Source: an uncultured Acidimicrobiales bacterium (GTDB lineage: Bacteria > Actinomycetota > Acidimicrobiia > Acidimicrobiales > SZUA-35). Taken from it: DNA of 64,000 nt. Where the stretch lies: NCBI GenBank assembly GCA_963803845.1, contig CAWDNZ010000004.1, forward strand, positions 1,932,801-1,996,800, in the 5' to 3' direction. Positions within the stretch are counted from its first letter, which is position 1. The number at the start of each line of letters is the position of its first letter. The position numbers were made by a program, and so were the translations under genes. Under the pieces are notes generated by a model. That model made no database searches and had not been told where the DNA came from. It was given only the letters and a program-made list of their open reading frames with translations. Of this stretch, positions 9,532 to 18,555 are shown in pieces.

Positions 9532-10476
9532 TTACCTCGCCATAGCCGGGGGTGTGAAGGTGAGCGCTCCCCCCTCAGGAAGCTCGGCGTTGTCGAAACG
9601 ATTGATCAAATCGGCGCTGAGCGACGCCCGGGTCTCCAGCTGAAGGAAGTCCCGCAGTGAAGTGCCGAGCTGGCGAGAATCCTGATTGGCGGGACCGGAA
9701 TTGGCCTCGACATCGAGGGCGCTGATTGCCCGGAAGTCCACAGAGGCTCGGCTCATACCGGTGGCATGGGGTCGAGTGGCGTGGAGGTGGGCGCCGGAGA
9801 AGCAGACCATGCCCCCCACAGGAAGGGAGATGCTCAAGCCTGGTTCGTCCACTTCGGCCATTGGAACTGGAATTCCTCGCGTGTCGGTCTTGCCTTTTTG
9901 TTTGGCCGCCGCCGCTCGTCCACCAACGTTCCATTCGTAGAGGTTGAACTCGTCAGAGGAGTTGGGGAGCTCGCGTTCGAAATAGCTCGGGTAGAAAACC
10001 AGTCCGTTTTCGGGGGTCATCGGGTAGACGGGTCCCCAGAAGTTCATCTGCTGGAACGGGCTGCCCCACCAGGTGTCGCGGTGCGGGGGCTGACGGTGGG
10101 CCACACCCACGCTGAGGTAGTCGCCAGAGGGGCTCAAACGCACCCGTGGAACGTCGAGATAGATGTCATCGGTGCCGAGCCCGACATCGGTGAGAAAGTG
10201 GACAACGTGCGCCCATGATTCTTCCGCATGTACGAAGGTCGGCTTCACCGCTGCGAGGATCTCGATGTAGCGGTCGACGTCGAGTTCTTTCTGGGCCAGT
10301 CGGGGATCGCATGGCGAAAAGGCCTCCGCCAACGATTTCCGGGTCCATTCCGCAAGGGCACGAGAGCCTGGAGTCGGGGGGAAGACAAGGATGTCTCCGC
10401 CCAAAACGTGCCGTCGGATATCCGCCGCCGATTCGTCTCCAACCAGAACCACCGCCGCGATTCCTGAACTATCCAA
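9532..10476 (-). CDS. hypothetical protein, possible non-heme Fe(II) oxygenase (H-x-D ... H)
   Basis: 314-aa ORF with 'PPHRDTWW' (H-x-D) and a later 'GAHLHAT'. Only weak resemblance to the phytanoyl-CoA dioxygenase/cupin type. The TTG start is preceded by 'AAAGGA'. Confidence 0.35.
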   Translation of the reverse strand: MDSSGIAAVVLVGDESAADIRRHVLGGDILVFPPTPGSRALAEWTRKSLAEAFSPCDPRLAQKELDVDRYIEILAAVKPTFVHAEESWAHVVHFLTDVGLGTDDIYLDVPRVRLSPSGDYLSVGVAHRQPPHRDTWWGSPFQQMNFWGPVYPMTPENGLVFYPSYFERELPNSSDEFNLYEWNVGGRAAAAKQKGKTDTRGIPVPMAEVDEPGLSISLPVGGMVCFSGAHLHATRPHATGMSRASVDFRAISALDVEANSGPANQDSRQLGTSLRDFLQLETRASLSADLINRFDNAELPEGGALTFTPPAMAR

Positions 10477-10549
10477 TTGATGTCCTTTCGGGACTGCTTT
10501 CGGGGATCGCCTAGCCCCCGTCGAGCGGACCTCCCGATCGATTATGCAG

Positions 10550-10577
10550 ATACTACGCCGTTTGCAGAAATCGTCAA
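10550..10577 (-). promoter_or_regulatory. candidate sigma-70-type promoter (TTGACG-N16-TAGTAT) for the 9532-10476 gene
   Basis: The minus strand reads ttgacg-atttctgcaaacggcg-tagtat, about 70 nt upstream of the TTG start. Sequence match only. Confidence 0.35.
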
Positions 10578-10688
10578 GGGGTTGAAATTCACACAGCGGT
10601 TTGTGGTTTGCAGGGTCTCGGAAAGGCCTGGTGAGCTTACGCTCATAGACCGGTTTTCGAGGACCTGTCTGCTCGGCAACCCGATCAG

Positions 10689-10750
10689 CCTGCGAATTTC
10701 TGCCCTAGGTGACATTTTGGCCAATTGTCTGTTGCAGGTGACACAGAGTC
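10689..10750 (-). repeat. second copy (inverted orientation) of the 8966-9028 intergenic element, with two TGTCACCT-N4-CAGA units
   Basis: The minus strand 'gactctgTGTCACCTGCAACAGACAATtggccaaaaTGTCACCTAGGGCAGAAATtcgcagg' aligns with 8966-9028. The core 33 nt match at 29/33. Confidence 0.7.
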
Positions 10751-10775
10751 TTACTTCCAGCAGAAACTTGGGGCG

Positions 10776-12089
10776 TTATGAGGTGTGGGCGTCCAAGACT
10801 CTCTGGGCTGCGGTGCGGCCGCTGAGGTAGCTCTCGTCGGTCCAGATGTAGGCCCAGTCGCCATAACGCCCACAGGGCGTAATGTCGATCGACGCCATGT
10901 AGTCCTGCACGGTTTTCGCCGCCGGCGCTGAATCGAGGTCGAAGATCACGTTGGCGTATTCGATGAACCGGGCCTCGGAGAACACAATGTCGTCATCCTC
11001 TCGAAGGACGCCCATGGTGGTGAGTTCCTCGATAACGGGCTTGATGTCGTCTTCAGGCTTGTGATCCAAGGGCTTGTACTTGTCGGAGTAGTACACCTCC
11101 ACCTGGACAGCCCCGTGGCCCGGGGGACAGGTGGTAGGGCTGAACATGTGAGGGAAAGAGAGTCTTACCGACCGCATGTCCTCGTCGTAGATGTACCGCC
11201 AATGGGCCGGCGACAGGTCTTCCCGAGCAACGCCGATATTGACCACGACCGTCTGGCTACAGGACAGCAGCGAGCCCGCACGGCGAACGTCCTCAGGTAC
11301 ATCGGGGAGCATCTCGATCATGGCGGGAAGGGGCACAGAGGAAATCAGATCGGTGTATTTCTCCACATGCCCATTGTCGAAGCGAATCGTCTTGGTGACG
11401 GGATCGATGGATGTCGCCCGGTGCCCGAGGGTCAGATCTGCCCGGTCGAAGAACTTGTGGAGGTAGCCCTCGAAGCCGCCCTTCTTCGGGTACCGGAATT
11501 TGTCGATGTAGTGCTTTGATGTCTGCGGCGGCCGGATTGCGCCCAGCAAGACCTCGTTGAGGTCGGGACGGTAGAGGCGGGGTCCCAACCACTCGGTGTT
11601 CATCAGTTCCGGTCCTACGGTGTGGTACTTCTTGCCGTAGCGGCCCGGGAAATTGCGAGTGAATGTCTCACCGTAGGACGCGAGGAGCCACTCTTCATAG
11701 TTGGCGGGCTTGTCCGGCACCGGTTGTGCCGACACCTCCATGAACTCGCGAAGGATTTGGATGATCAAATCTTCAGGAAGTGCATGGAGGTAGGCGATAG
11801 CCGGGTGCTGTACCCATACGCCTTGGTAGTAGTTGTCGACGTCTGCTTTCAGAACCTCGTAGTCGTAATCCACAGCCTCGGCGAGGAGTTCCTTCACATC
11901 TTCGATCTCGGTGAAGGAAATGTGCGGCCCGTCGTCGAAAATGAAACCGTCGGACTCGAACGATGCGGTGTGCCCGCCGGGAAAATCGTTCTTGTCGAAC
12001 ATGCGAGGCGTTACGCCCTCGGCAGAGAGTCGATCAAACGCGCCCCACGCCGCCATCCCACTACCCAGGATCACCGTCTTGTCAGTCAT
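10776..12089 (-). CDS. FAD/NAD(P)-binding oxidoreductase (amine-oxidase / UDP-galactopyranose-mutase-like)
   Basis: 'KTVILGSGMAAWGAFDRL' dinucleotide-binding fold at the N-terminus, 'FRYPKKGG' and C-terminal 'GRYGDWAY' motifs. ATG at 12089 chosen because the Rossmann motif follows immediately; the ORF track extends to 12215. Confidence 0.6.
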   Translation of the reverse strand: MTDKTVILGSGMAAWGAFDRLSAEGVTPRMFDKNDFPGGHTASFESDGFIFDDGPHISFTEIEDVKELLAEAVDYDYEVLKADVDNYYQGVWVQHPAIAYLHALPEDLIIQILREFMEVSAQPVPDKPANYEEWLLASYGETFTRNFPGRYGKKYHTVGPELMNTEWLGPRLYRPDLNEVLLGAIRPPQTSKHYIDKFRYPKKGGFEGYLHKFFDRADLTLGHRATSIDPVTKTIRFDNGHVEKYTDLISSVPLPAMIEMLPDVPEDVRRAGSLLSCSQTVVVNIGVAREDLSPAHWRYIYDEDMRSVRLSFPHMFSPTTCPPGHGAVQVEVYYSDKYKPLDHKPEDDIKPVIEELTTMGVLREDDDIVFSEARFIEYANVIFDLDSAPAAKTVQDYMASIDITPCGRYGDWAYIWTDESYLSGRTAAQRVLDAHTS

Positions 12090-12151
12090 TATTGCCGTAT
12101 CCCGTTCTTTCTTTGGCGAGTGTAGGAGCACGAGGTTCGCGCAGTTTCGAG

Positions 12152-13195
12152 CTAATGGGCGGTACCCCTCGCTGGGTCCAGCGAAGAGCGCCACCACTTC
12201 ACTACATCGGCGCAAGCCGCCTCGAGATCAAGGGTTGGGTGCCAGTTCGTTGCGCTGGTCAGACGGGAGGTGTTGGCGGTGATCTCGGCGGCTGCGTCAG
12301 CGCCACCTGGTCGTTTACCGAACCAGAGAAGATCGGGGCGACCCACAGCCTCCCCGACGATCTCGGAAAGTTCTTTGACGGCCACCGAGGAGCCCATTCC
12401 GAGGTTGACGAATCCCGTAAGCGAACTGTCGGCAATGGCAATGAGGCCTAGGGCCACGTCCCATGCGTGCATGTAGTCGCGCCGCTGCGTGCCGGCGGAC
12501 AATTCGGCCGGTTGGTTTCTGAGTAGCTGGCGGATGATGTGGGGCACCAGGCGGTTGGGGTCTTCGTTCCGGCCCAGCACAAAAAAGATCCGAGCCACTG
12601 CCACGGAGAGATCGGGGTAGTCCTCACACACGGCGAGAGAGCGTTGGCCGGCATCGAGTTTGCATCGCCCGTAGACGGTGTCGGGATCGGGTCGGTCGTT
12701 CTCTGAGAGAACACCCCCGCTGGCGCCGTACTCGATGCAGCTCCCGGTCAAGACCGCTCGCCGGCCACCGTTGCGGGCGAAGGTCTCCACCAAGTTCTCC
12801 GCTACTGCCACCCAGTCAAAATTCTTGGGGTCGCTGTAGCGGCTCGTGGAGTCACCGTTGAACCAGGCCAGGTGAAACAGTTCGGTTGGGCGAAGCCGGC
12901 CCATTAGTTCGGACACCTCGTCACTGTTCATGAGGTCGGTCTTGTGGATGGTGATCGATTCCGGCTCCACCCCTTCAAATGCCAGGTCGGATTGGCGGGC
13001 GATCACGTGGATCTGGCGGCGGCGAGGCGAGTTCGGCGGCGTGAGACCATGCCCATGGCCGGCCAGTGCACTCACGAGGTGCCTACCGATGAATCCGCTG
13101 GCGCCGGTGATCAGTGTCACGTCCGTAGAACGGGCACCGCTCAAGGAGCCGCTGGGCTGGTCGATAGGGGAGTCTGAGGGACGTTGTTCGCTCAC
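12152..13195 (-). CDS. NAD-dependent epimerase/dehydratase (SDR) family protein, possible 4-ketoreductase
   Basis: 'TLITGASGFIGRHLVSAL' Rossmann motif; 347 aa; located in a sugar-nucleotide cluster. Confidence 0.7.
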   Translation of the reverse strand: MSEQRPSDSPIDQPSGSLSGARSTDVTLITGASGFIGRHLVSALAGHGHGLTPPNSPRRRQIHVIARQSDLAFEGVEPESITIHKTDLMNSDEVSELMGRLRPTELFHLAWFNGDSTSRYSDPKNFDWVAVAENLVETFARNGGRRAVLTGSCIEYGASGGVLSENDRPDPDTVYGRCKLDAGQRSLAVCEDYPDLSVAVARIFFVLGRNEDPNRLVPHIIRQLLRNQPAELSAGTQRRDYMHAWDVALGLIAIADSSLTGFVNLGMGSSVAVKELSEIVGEAVGRPDLLWFGKRPGGADAAAEITANTSRLTSATNWHPTLDLEAACADVVKWWRSSLDPARGTAH

Positions 13196-13291
13196 AATTC
13201 ACTCTTCGGTCGTTACGGGGGCAGGTTTACCCGCGGCGGCACAACTATTGGCACAGGAGGGGCTCCTTCACCGGCGCTACCGTTACCCATT

Positions 13292-14251
13292 ATGGCCCTA
13301 ACACCCGACACAAAGATCTATGTGGCTGGTCACGGCGGACTTGTGGGCTCGGCATTGCTTCGACGTCTCGCGCGGGGTGGCTTTCACAACGTCGTCACCG
13401 CTACTCGCCAAGAAGTTGACCTGCGAAACCAGGCAGAGGTTTCTCAATTTCTGGCCGACAACAAGCCTGACCAGGTGATCCTGGCTGCTGGCAAGGTTGG
13501 CGGGATCCACGCCAACAACTCCTTTCCGGCCGAATTCTTGTACGACAACCTGATGATTCACGGCACGATTGTCCACGCGGCCCACGAGATCGGCGTGGAG
13601 AAGCTTCTCTACCTTGGCTCCAGCTGTATTTATCCCCGCCACGCCACCCAGCCCATCACCGAGGACGAGCTGCTCACGGGTGCACTGGAGCCGACCAACG
13701 AGGGGTATGCGCTCGCCAAGATCGCGGGGATCAAGATGTGCGAGACCTACAAGCGCCAGTACGGCGACAACTTCGTATCGGCGATGCCCACCAACCTCTA
13801 TGGCCCCAACGACAACTTTGACCTCGATGGGTCCCACGTGATTCCGGCCCTGATGCGCAAGTTCCATGAGGCCAAGCTCACCGGGAGTCCCACAGTAGAG
13901 ATTTGGGGTACGGGTTCGGCGATGCGGGAGTTTCTGCATGTTGATGATCTCGCCGATGCGTTGCTCTTTCTGCTGGACACCTACGACGGTCTCCAGCACG
14001 TGAACGTGGGTACCGGCGAGGACCAGAGCATCCGTGACCTGGCCAACCTCATTGGCGAGATTGTCTACCCCGAGGCCCAGCTCGTGTGGGACAGTTCCAA
14101 ACCCGACGGCACCCCGCGCAAGGTGATGGATGTGACGAAGCTGCACAATCTCGGCTGGAAGCACAAGATCGACCTGCGCACCGGGCTCGGTGACACCTAC
14201 AAGTGGTTCATCGAGCACTACCACGACGCCCGCGGTATTACCGCTGCCTAA
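13292..14251 (+). CDS. fcl: GDP-L-fucose synthase-like 3,5-epimerase/4-reductase
   Basis: 'KIYVAGHGGLVGSAL', 'LGSSCIYP', 'YALAKIAG' (YxxxK) and 'PTNLYGPNDNF' match the Fcl/WcaG pattern. ATG at 13292 chosen; the ORF track starts at 13184. Confidence 0.8.
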   Translation: MALTPDTKIYVAGHGGLVGSALLRRLARGGFHNVVTATRQEVDLRNQAEVSQFLADNKPDQVILAAGKVGGIHANNSFPAEFLYDNLMIHGTIVHAAHEIGVEKLLYLGSSCIYPRHATQPITEDELLTGALEPTNEGYALAKIAGIKMCETYKRQYGDNFVSAMPTNLYGPNDNFDLDGSHVIPALMRKFHEAKLTGSPTVEIWGTGSAMREFLHVDDLADALLFLLDTYDGLQHVNVGTGEDQSIRDLANLIGEIVYPEAQLVWDSSKPDGTPRKVMDVTKLHNLGWKHKIDLRTGLGDTYKWFIEHYHDARGITAA

Positions 14252-14296
14252 CGCCCAATTCGTCCCCAACTCCCTACATCCAAACGGAGCTCCCCT

Positions 14297-15076
14297 ATGA
14301 AGGTTGTGATTCTCGCCGGCGGTCTCGGCAGTCGCCTAAGCGAAGAGACCATTAGCAGGCCCAAACCACTCGTGGAGATTGGCGGCAAGCCGATTATTTG
14401 GCACATCATGAAGCATTACGCGGCCCATGGCTTCGACGACTTCCTCATCGCGTTGGGTTACAAGGGCGACATGATCAAGCAGTACTTTGCCGAGTACGCC
14501 ACGCTGGCGAGCGATCTCACCGTGAACTTGGCGGCCAACAAGATCATCCGTCACTCCCAAGAGCCAGACGAGCAGTGGAACATCGGACTCATCGATACCG
14601 GCCTCCACACACATACCGGTGGACGAATTCGACGTCTCGCACCCCACTACAACGGAACGTTCATGGCGACGTATGGCGATGGCGTCTGCGACGTTGATCT
14701 GGACCGTCTGCTGGAGTTCCATCGCGGCCACGGGAAACTCGCCACGCTCACCGCAGTGCGGCCGCCCGCCCGGTTTGGAGCACTGGAACTCAGTGGCGAC
14801 ACGATCACGAGCTTCAGCGAGAAGGCTCAGACTGGTGAAGGCTGGATCAACGGCGGGTTTTTCGTGCTCGAGCCTGAGGTGCTGGACTACATCGAGTCCG
14901 ACAAGATCGACTTTTCGGGTGAGCCCCTGGCCAACCTTGCCAAAGACGGGCAGCTGATGGCCTATCGTCACGAGACATTCTGGCAGTGCATGGACACCAT
15001 GCGAGACAAGGAATTGCTGGAGTCATTGTGGGACGGCGGCAGCGCCCCGTGGAACAACTGGACCATCGAACGGTGA
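14297..15076 (+). CDS. rfbF: glucose-1-phosphate cytidylyltransferase
   Basis: Near-colinear with Salmonella RfbF as recalled ('MKVVILAGGLGSRLSEETISRPKPLVEIGGKPIIWHIMKHY', 'INGGFFVLEP', 'FWQCMDTMRDK'). Confidence 0.9.
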   Translation: MKVVILAGGLGSRLSEETISRPKPLVEIGGKPIIWHIMKHYAAHGFDDFLIALGYKGDMIKQYFAEYATLASDLTVNLAANKIIRHSQEPDEQWNIGLIDTGLHTHTGGRIRRLAPHYNGTFMATYGDGVCDVDLDRLLEFHRGHGKLATLTAVRPPARFGALELSGDTITSFSEKAQTGEGWINGGFFVLEPEVLDYIESDKIDFSGEPLANLAKDGQLMAYRHETFWQCMDTMRDKELLESLWDGGSAPWNNWTIER

Positions 15077-16221
15077 CTTCCACCGGCACGAGTGCGGCCT
15101 TCGGCGCGTTCTACCGGGACAAGCGAGTGCTGGTGACCGGTCACACCGGGTTCAAAGGCAGTTGGTTGAGCGAATGGCTGCTCGCTCTCGGCGCGGAGGT
15201 GACCGGTTACGCCCTCGACCCCTTGACCGATGCTGACATGTACTTGCAGTTGGGTCTCGCCACCCGGATCGCCCGAGATGAGCGCGGCGACCTTTCAGAC
15301 TTGGAACGGCTGGTGCGATTGGTCGCCGAGATCAAACCGGAGGTCGTGTTTCACCTTGCGGCACAACCGTTGGTTCGGTTGTCCTACGAAACGCCCGTCG
15401 AAACCTTCGCTACCAATGTGATGGGGACCATCAACGTAATGGAGGCGGTGCGCCGCTCCGGGCACAGCTGCTCAATGGTGATGGTCACGACCGACAAGTG
15501 TTACGCCAACCGTGAGTGGCTAAGTAGCTACCGCGAACAGGACGCCATGGGCGGCCACGATCCCTACAGCGCCAGCAAGGGTGCCGCCGAGCTGGTGATC
15601 GCCTCGTACAGATCGTCGTTCTGGTCAACGCCGGACAGCGCGGTGACGGTGGCCTCGGGACGGGCGGGGAACGTGATCGGGGGAGGTGACTGGGCCCTAG
15701 ACCGAATCATTCCCGACTGCATTCGGGCGGTTCAGGCCAATGTTCCGATTCCGGTGCGGAACAACACGGCAACTCGACCGTGGCAGCACGTGCTGGAACC
15801 GCTCTCGGGGTATCTGTGGTTGGGTGCGGTGCTCAGCTCGCCGCAACTCGCGGGCTACGCAACGAGCGAACCCTTCACCGGTGGGTTCAACTTTGGGCCG
15901 GCTCTGGCCTCAAATCGCACGGTGGCCGAACTGGTAGTCGAACTAACGCGCCATACCGGCGGGTCGTGGGAGGATCACGCTGATCCCAATGCCCTCCATG
16001 AAGCATCAAAACTGAACCTTGCCATCGACAAGGCATTCCACCTCCTCCAGTGGTCTCCGGTCTGGGATTTCGCCAAGACAGTGGAGGTAACGGCCGCCTG
16101 GTATAAGAATGCTGTGAGTGGAGAGGCTGCGGTGGCACTGACACAAGAACAGATTTCCGTCTACGAAGCCGATGCGGCGGCAAACAGTATCAAGTGGGCA
16201 TCCCCGATCACCCAGGCCTGA
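15073..16221 (+). CDS. rfbG: CDP-glucose 4,6-dehydratase
   Basis: 'KRVLVTGHTGFKGSWLSEWL', 'YSASKGAAEL'. The GTG at 15073 overlaps the rfbF stop (GTGA), suggesting translational coupling. Confidence 0.88.
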   Translation: MTSTGTSAAFGAFYRDKRVLVTGHTGFKGSWLSEWLLALGAEVTGYALDPLTDADMYLQLGLATRIARDERGDLSDLERLVRLVAEIKPEVVFHLAAQPLVRLSYETPVETFATNVMGTINVMEAVRRSGHSCSMVMVTTDKCYANREWLSSYREQDAMGGHDPYSASKGAAELVIASYRSSFWSTPDSAVTVASGRAGNVIGGGDWALDRIIPDCIRAVQANVPIPVRNNTATRPWQHVLEPLSGYLWLGAVLSSPQLAGYATSEPFTGGFNFGPALASNRTVAELVVELTRHTGGSWEDHADPNALHEASKLNLAIDKAFHLLQWSPVWDFAKTVEVTAAWYKNAVSGEAAVALTQEQISVYEADAAANSIKWASPITQA

Positions 16222-16241
16222 GCCGCTAAACCAAGGATGAT

Positions 16242-16778
16242 ATGGATTTCCAAGCCACGAGCGTGTCGGGTTGTTTTGTTGTGTCCCTGGATGCGATTCC
16301 CGACGACCGCGGTTACTTCGGCCGTGCCTGGTGTGCCGAGGAGTCAGCCGCGGTTGGCGCCGCCTCCACCGTGGCCCAAATCAATATGAGTCAGTCCGCC
16401 GACCCTGGTTTGATCCGAGGTTTCCACTGGCAAGAAGCCCCTCATAGCGAAGAGAAGTTCGTGCGTTGCATCAACGGAGCGGTCTTCGACGTGTGCGCCG
16501 ATGTGCGCCCCGACTCTCCCACCTTTGGACAGTGGTTCGGTATTGAACTCAATCCCCACAATCGGTTGGCGATTGTCATTCCCGATGGCTGTGCTCATGC
16601 GTATCAAGCGCTCCAACCCAAAAGCGAAGTCCTCTACCTGACGAGCGCTCCCTACGCAGCGAGCGCAGAACGAGGCATGCGATGGGATGATCCGTTCTTC
16701 GCCGTCGACTGGCCAATTCACTCCGAGGTCCAAGTGAGTGAGAAAGATCGAAACTGGCCTCGGTTCGGCGTTGCTTAG
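16242..16778 (+). CDS. RfbC-like sugar-nucleotide 3,5-epimerase (cupin)
   Basis: 178 aa with the dTDP-4-dehydrorhamnose 3,5-epimerase pattern ('D.RG.F', 'RG.H.Q..P..E.K.V.C..G...DV..D.R..S.TFG'). Confidence 0.75.
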   Translation: MDFQATSVSGCFVVSLDAIPDDRGYFGRAWCAEESAAVGAASTVAQINMSQSADPGLIRGFHWQEAPHSEEKFVRCINGAVFDVCADVRPDSPTFGQWFGIELNPHNRLAIVIPDGCAHAYQALQPKSEVLYLTSAPYAASAERGMRWDDPFFAVDWPIHSEVQVSEKDRNWPRFGVA

Positions 16779-16862
16779 CTGTGCTGGACGACTGAAGTGC
16801 TGCCGTCAATGGTCATCAGCCCGCGAGTGCCGTACTCTGCTCGGTCTCGAGTGCTCTGAGTG

Positions 16863-18482
16863 TTAGGTCAGCAACTCGTTGCCGTAGTCTGACTGATAAC
16901 GAGAGTACTGATCGGAGTGAGTGACGCCGACCATTACGATCCCTGCCAAGGGAGCACCGACCTGCTCTAACGTTTCGATTGTCCTGCGGAGATCGTCACG
17001 CGATGTGGAGCCGGCTCGCACGGTAATGATCACTGCGTCCACCAGACGGGAAAGGCTGACCGCATCAGAGACCGGGAGGACGGGGGGAGCGTCAAACACT
17101 GCGATGTCGCCCTCCTTCTCCACGAGCCGAATGAGGTCGGCGAAAGCTGGTGTCGAAACGAGATCACCCGGGCTCGGCGGCGAGGAGCCCGACGGGAGTA
17201 CCACCATGGAATTGTTGGCGCTGGCGACGGTGAACGCCAGCTCGTGAAGCGGCGTGCCATCGAGAAGATGGTCGCTAAGCCCCGGGACCATCTCGGTGTT
17301 GAAGACCTGGTGGAGACGCGGGCGGCGAAAGTCGACGTCGGCGAGAATCACCCGAGACCCGATTGCGGCCAGAGCGCCGGCAAGATTCACTGCCGTCGTG
17401 GTCTTGCCTTCCGAGGGGTTGGGAGAGGTGACCAGCACAGAGTGGACGTCGCTGCTGAGGAACGAGAATTGCAGCGACGTACGGACGCGGTGGTAGGCAT
17501 CGCCCACCGGGCTTTCGGGTCGCTCCAGGGTCTGGAAATCCAGTTCAGGCCGCGCCAGGCCATCAGCGTCCGGCACGGAGCCCAGCATGGGCAGCGTGGT
17601 GAGCGCCCGGACATCGTCGGCGGAGTTCAGCGATCGGTCCAGGTTGTGGGACAGCAGTGCCGCGGCGACGGCCAGAATCGACCCGGCCGCTACGCCCAGC
17701 GCAATGGTCTGCGAGAGTGGGGTGTTGGAGGGCGCCGAGGGAGCGACCGCCCGTTCCACGATGCGGGCGGAACCGATACCAGCGAGCTTCCCCTGGAGGG
17801 AGAGATCGATGATTGCGTTGGCAACTGCATTGATCTGGGCGTCGATGAGATTCAGGCGAGGGGCGATGCGGATGGTCTCCGAGGCGATCTCCCGCTCGAT
17901 TGTTGCGCGGTCAGCATCGGTGGTGGAAGTGGCCAGCGCCCCTTGGAGTTTGGCCAGTTCGGAATGGGCTTCCACTCGTTCCGTGGAGAGGGAGTCGAGT
18001 TGTGATGAAAACAGGGCGGTAGCCGCTTCGAGGCTCTGGGCCGACTGGTCCTGTTTCTCGGCGACGTAACTCTCGGCGAAGACGTTGGCCGCTCGGGCCG
18101 CCGCCTCAGGCGTTGCGGCGACCGCCTTGATTTGGAGAACGTCGGAGAATCCTTCAGCAGTTATGGAAACGCCCGGCACGAACCCCAGTTCCTTGGCCAC
18201 CCTGGCCCGGACCTCATCGCCTTGGGCCAGGCTGATTTCATTGGACAGCGTGCGGGAGAGACTAGAGGTGTTCTGATTCTGCCCGGTCACGGCTGACGCT
18301 GCTTCGGTCTGGGCCACGAGAACCCGGGTCTGGGCACTGAATGAGTCAGCCTGAAGGAGCGGCAGTGCGACGGCCGCTCCGAGGACAGTGAAGAAGGCGA
18401 GAGCAGCCCACTTCCAGCGATGACGGAGGATGCGCAGGAAGACTGAAAGACCGAGAATGCTGTCGTGATTGGGCGCGGCCAC
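16863..18482 (-). CDS. polysaccharide co-polymerase (Wzz) fused to BY-kinase, tyrosine autokinase #1
   Basis: N-terminal TM plus a coiled periplasmic region and a second TM. Walker A 'SPNPSEGKTTTAVNLA', Walker A'/B, and a C-terminal Tyr cluster 'SDQYSRYQSDYG'. Confidence 0.85.
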   Translation of the reverse strand: MAAPNHDSILGLSVFLRILRHRWKWAALAFFTVLGAAVALPLLQADSFSAQTRVLVAQTEAASAVTGQNQNTSSLSRTLSNEISLAQGDEVRARVAKELGFVPGVSITAEGFSDVLQIKAVAATPEAAARAANVFAESYVAEKQDQSAQSLEAATALFSSQLDSLSTERVEAHSELAKLQGALATSTTDADRATIEREIASETIRIAPRLNLIDAQINAVANAIIDLSLQGKLAGIGSARIVERAVAPSAPSNTPLSQTIALGVAAGSILAVAAALLSHNLDRSLNSADDVRALTTLPMLGSVPDADGLARPELDFQTLERPESPVGDAYHRVRTSLQFSFLSSDVHSVLVTSPNPSEGKTTTAVNLAGALAAIGSRVILADVDFRRPRLHQVFNTEMVPGLSDHLLDGTPLHELAFTVASANNSMVVLPSGSSPPSPGDLVSTPAFADLIRLVEKEGDIAVFDAPPVLPVSDAVSLSRLVDAVIITVRAGSTSRDDLRRTIETLEQVGAPLAGIVMVGVTHSDQYSRYQSDYGNELLT

Positions 18483-18555
18483 CAGCCCAAGGTAGCCGAA
18501 TCAACAGGATGGTTGGTGGGCTACCCGTCGATGCCTCTTGGCCGCCCGCCGGTTC

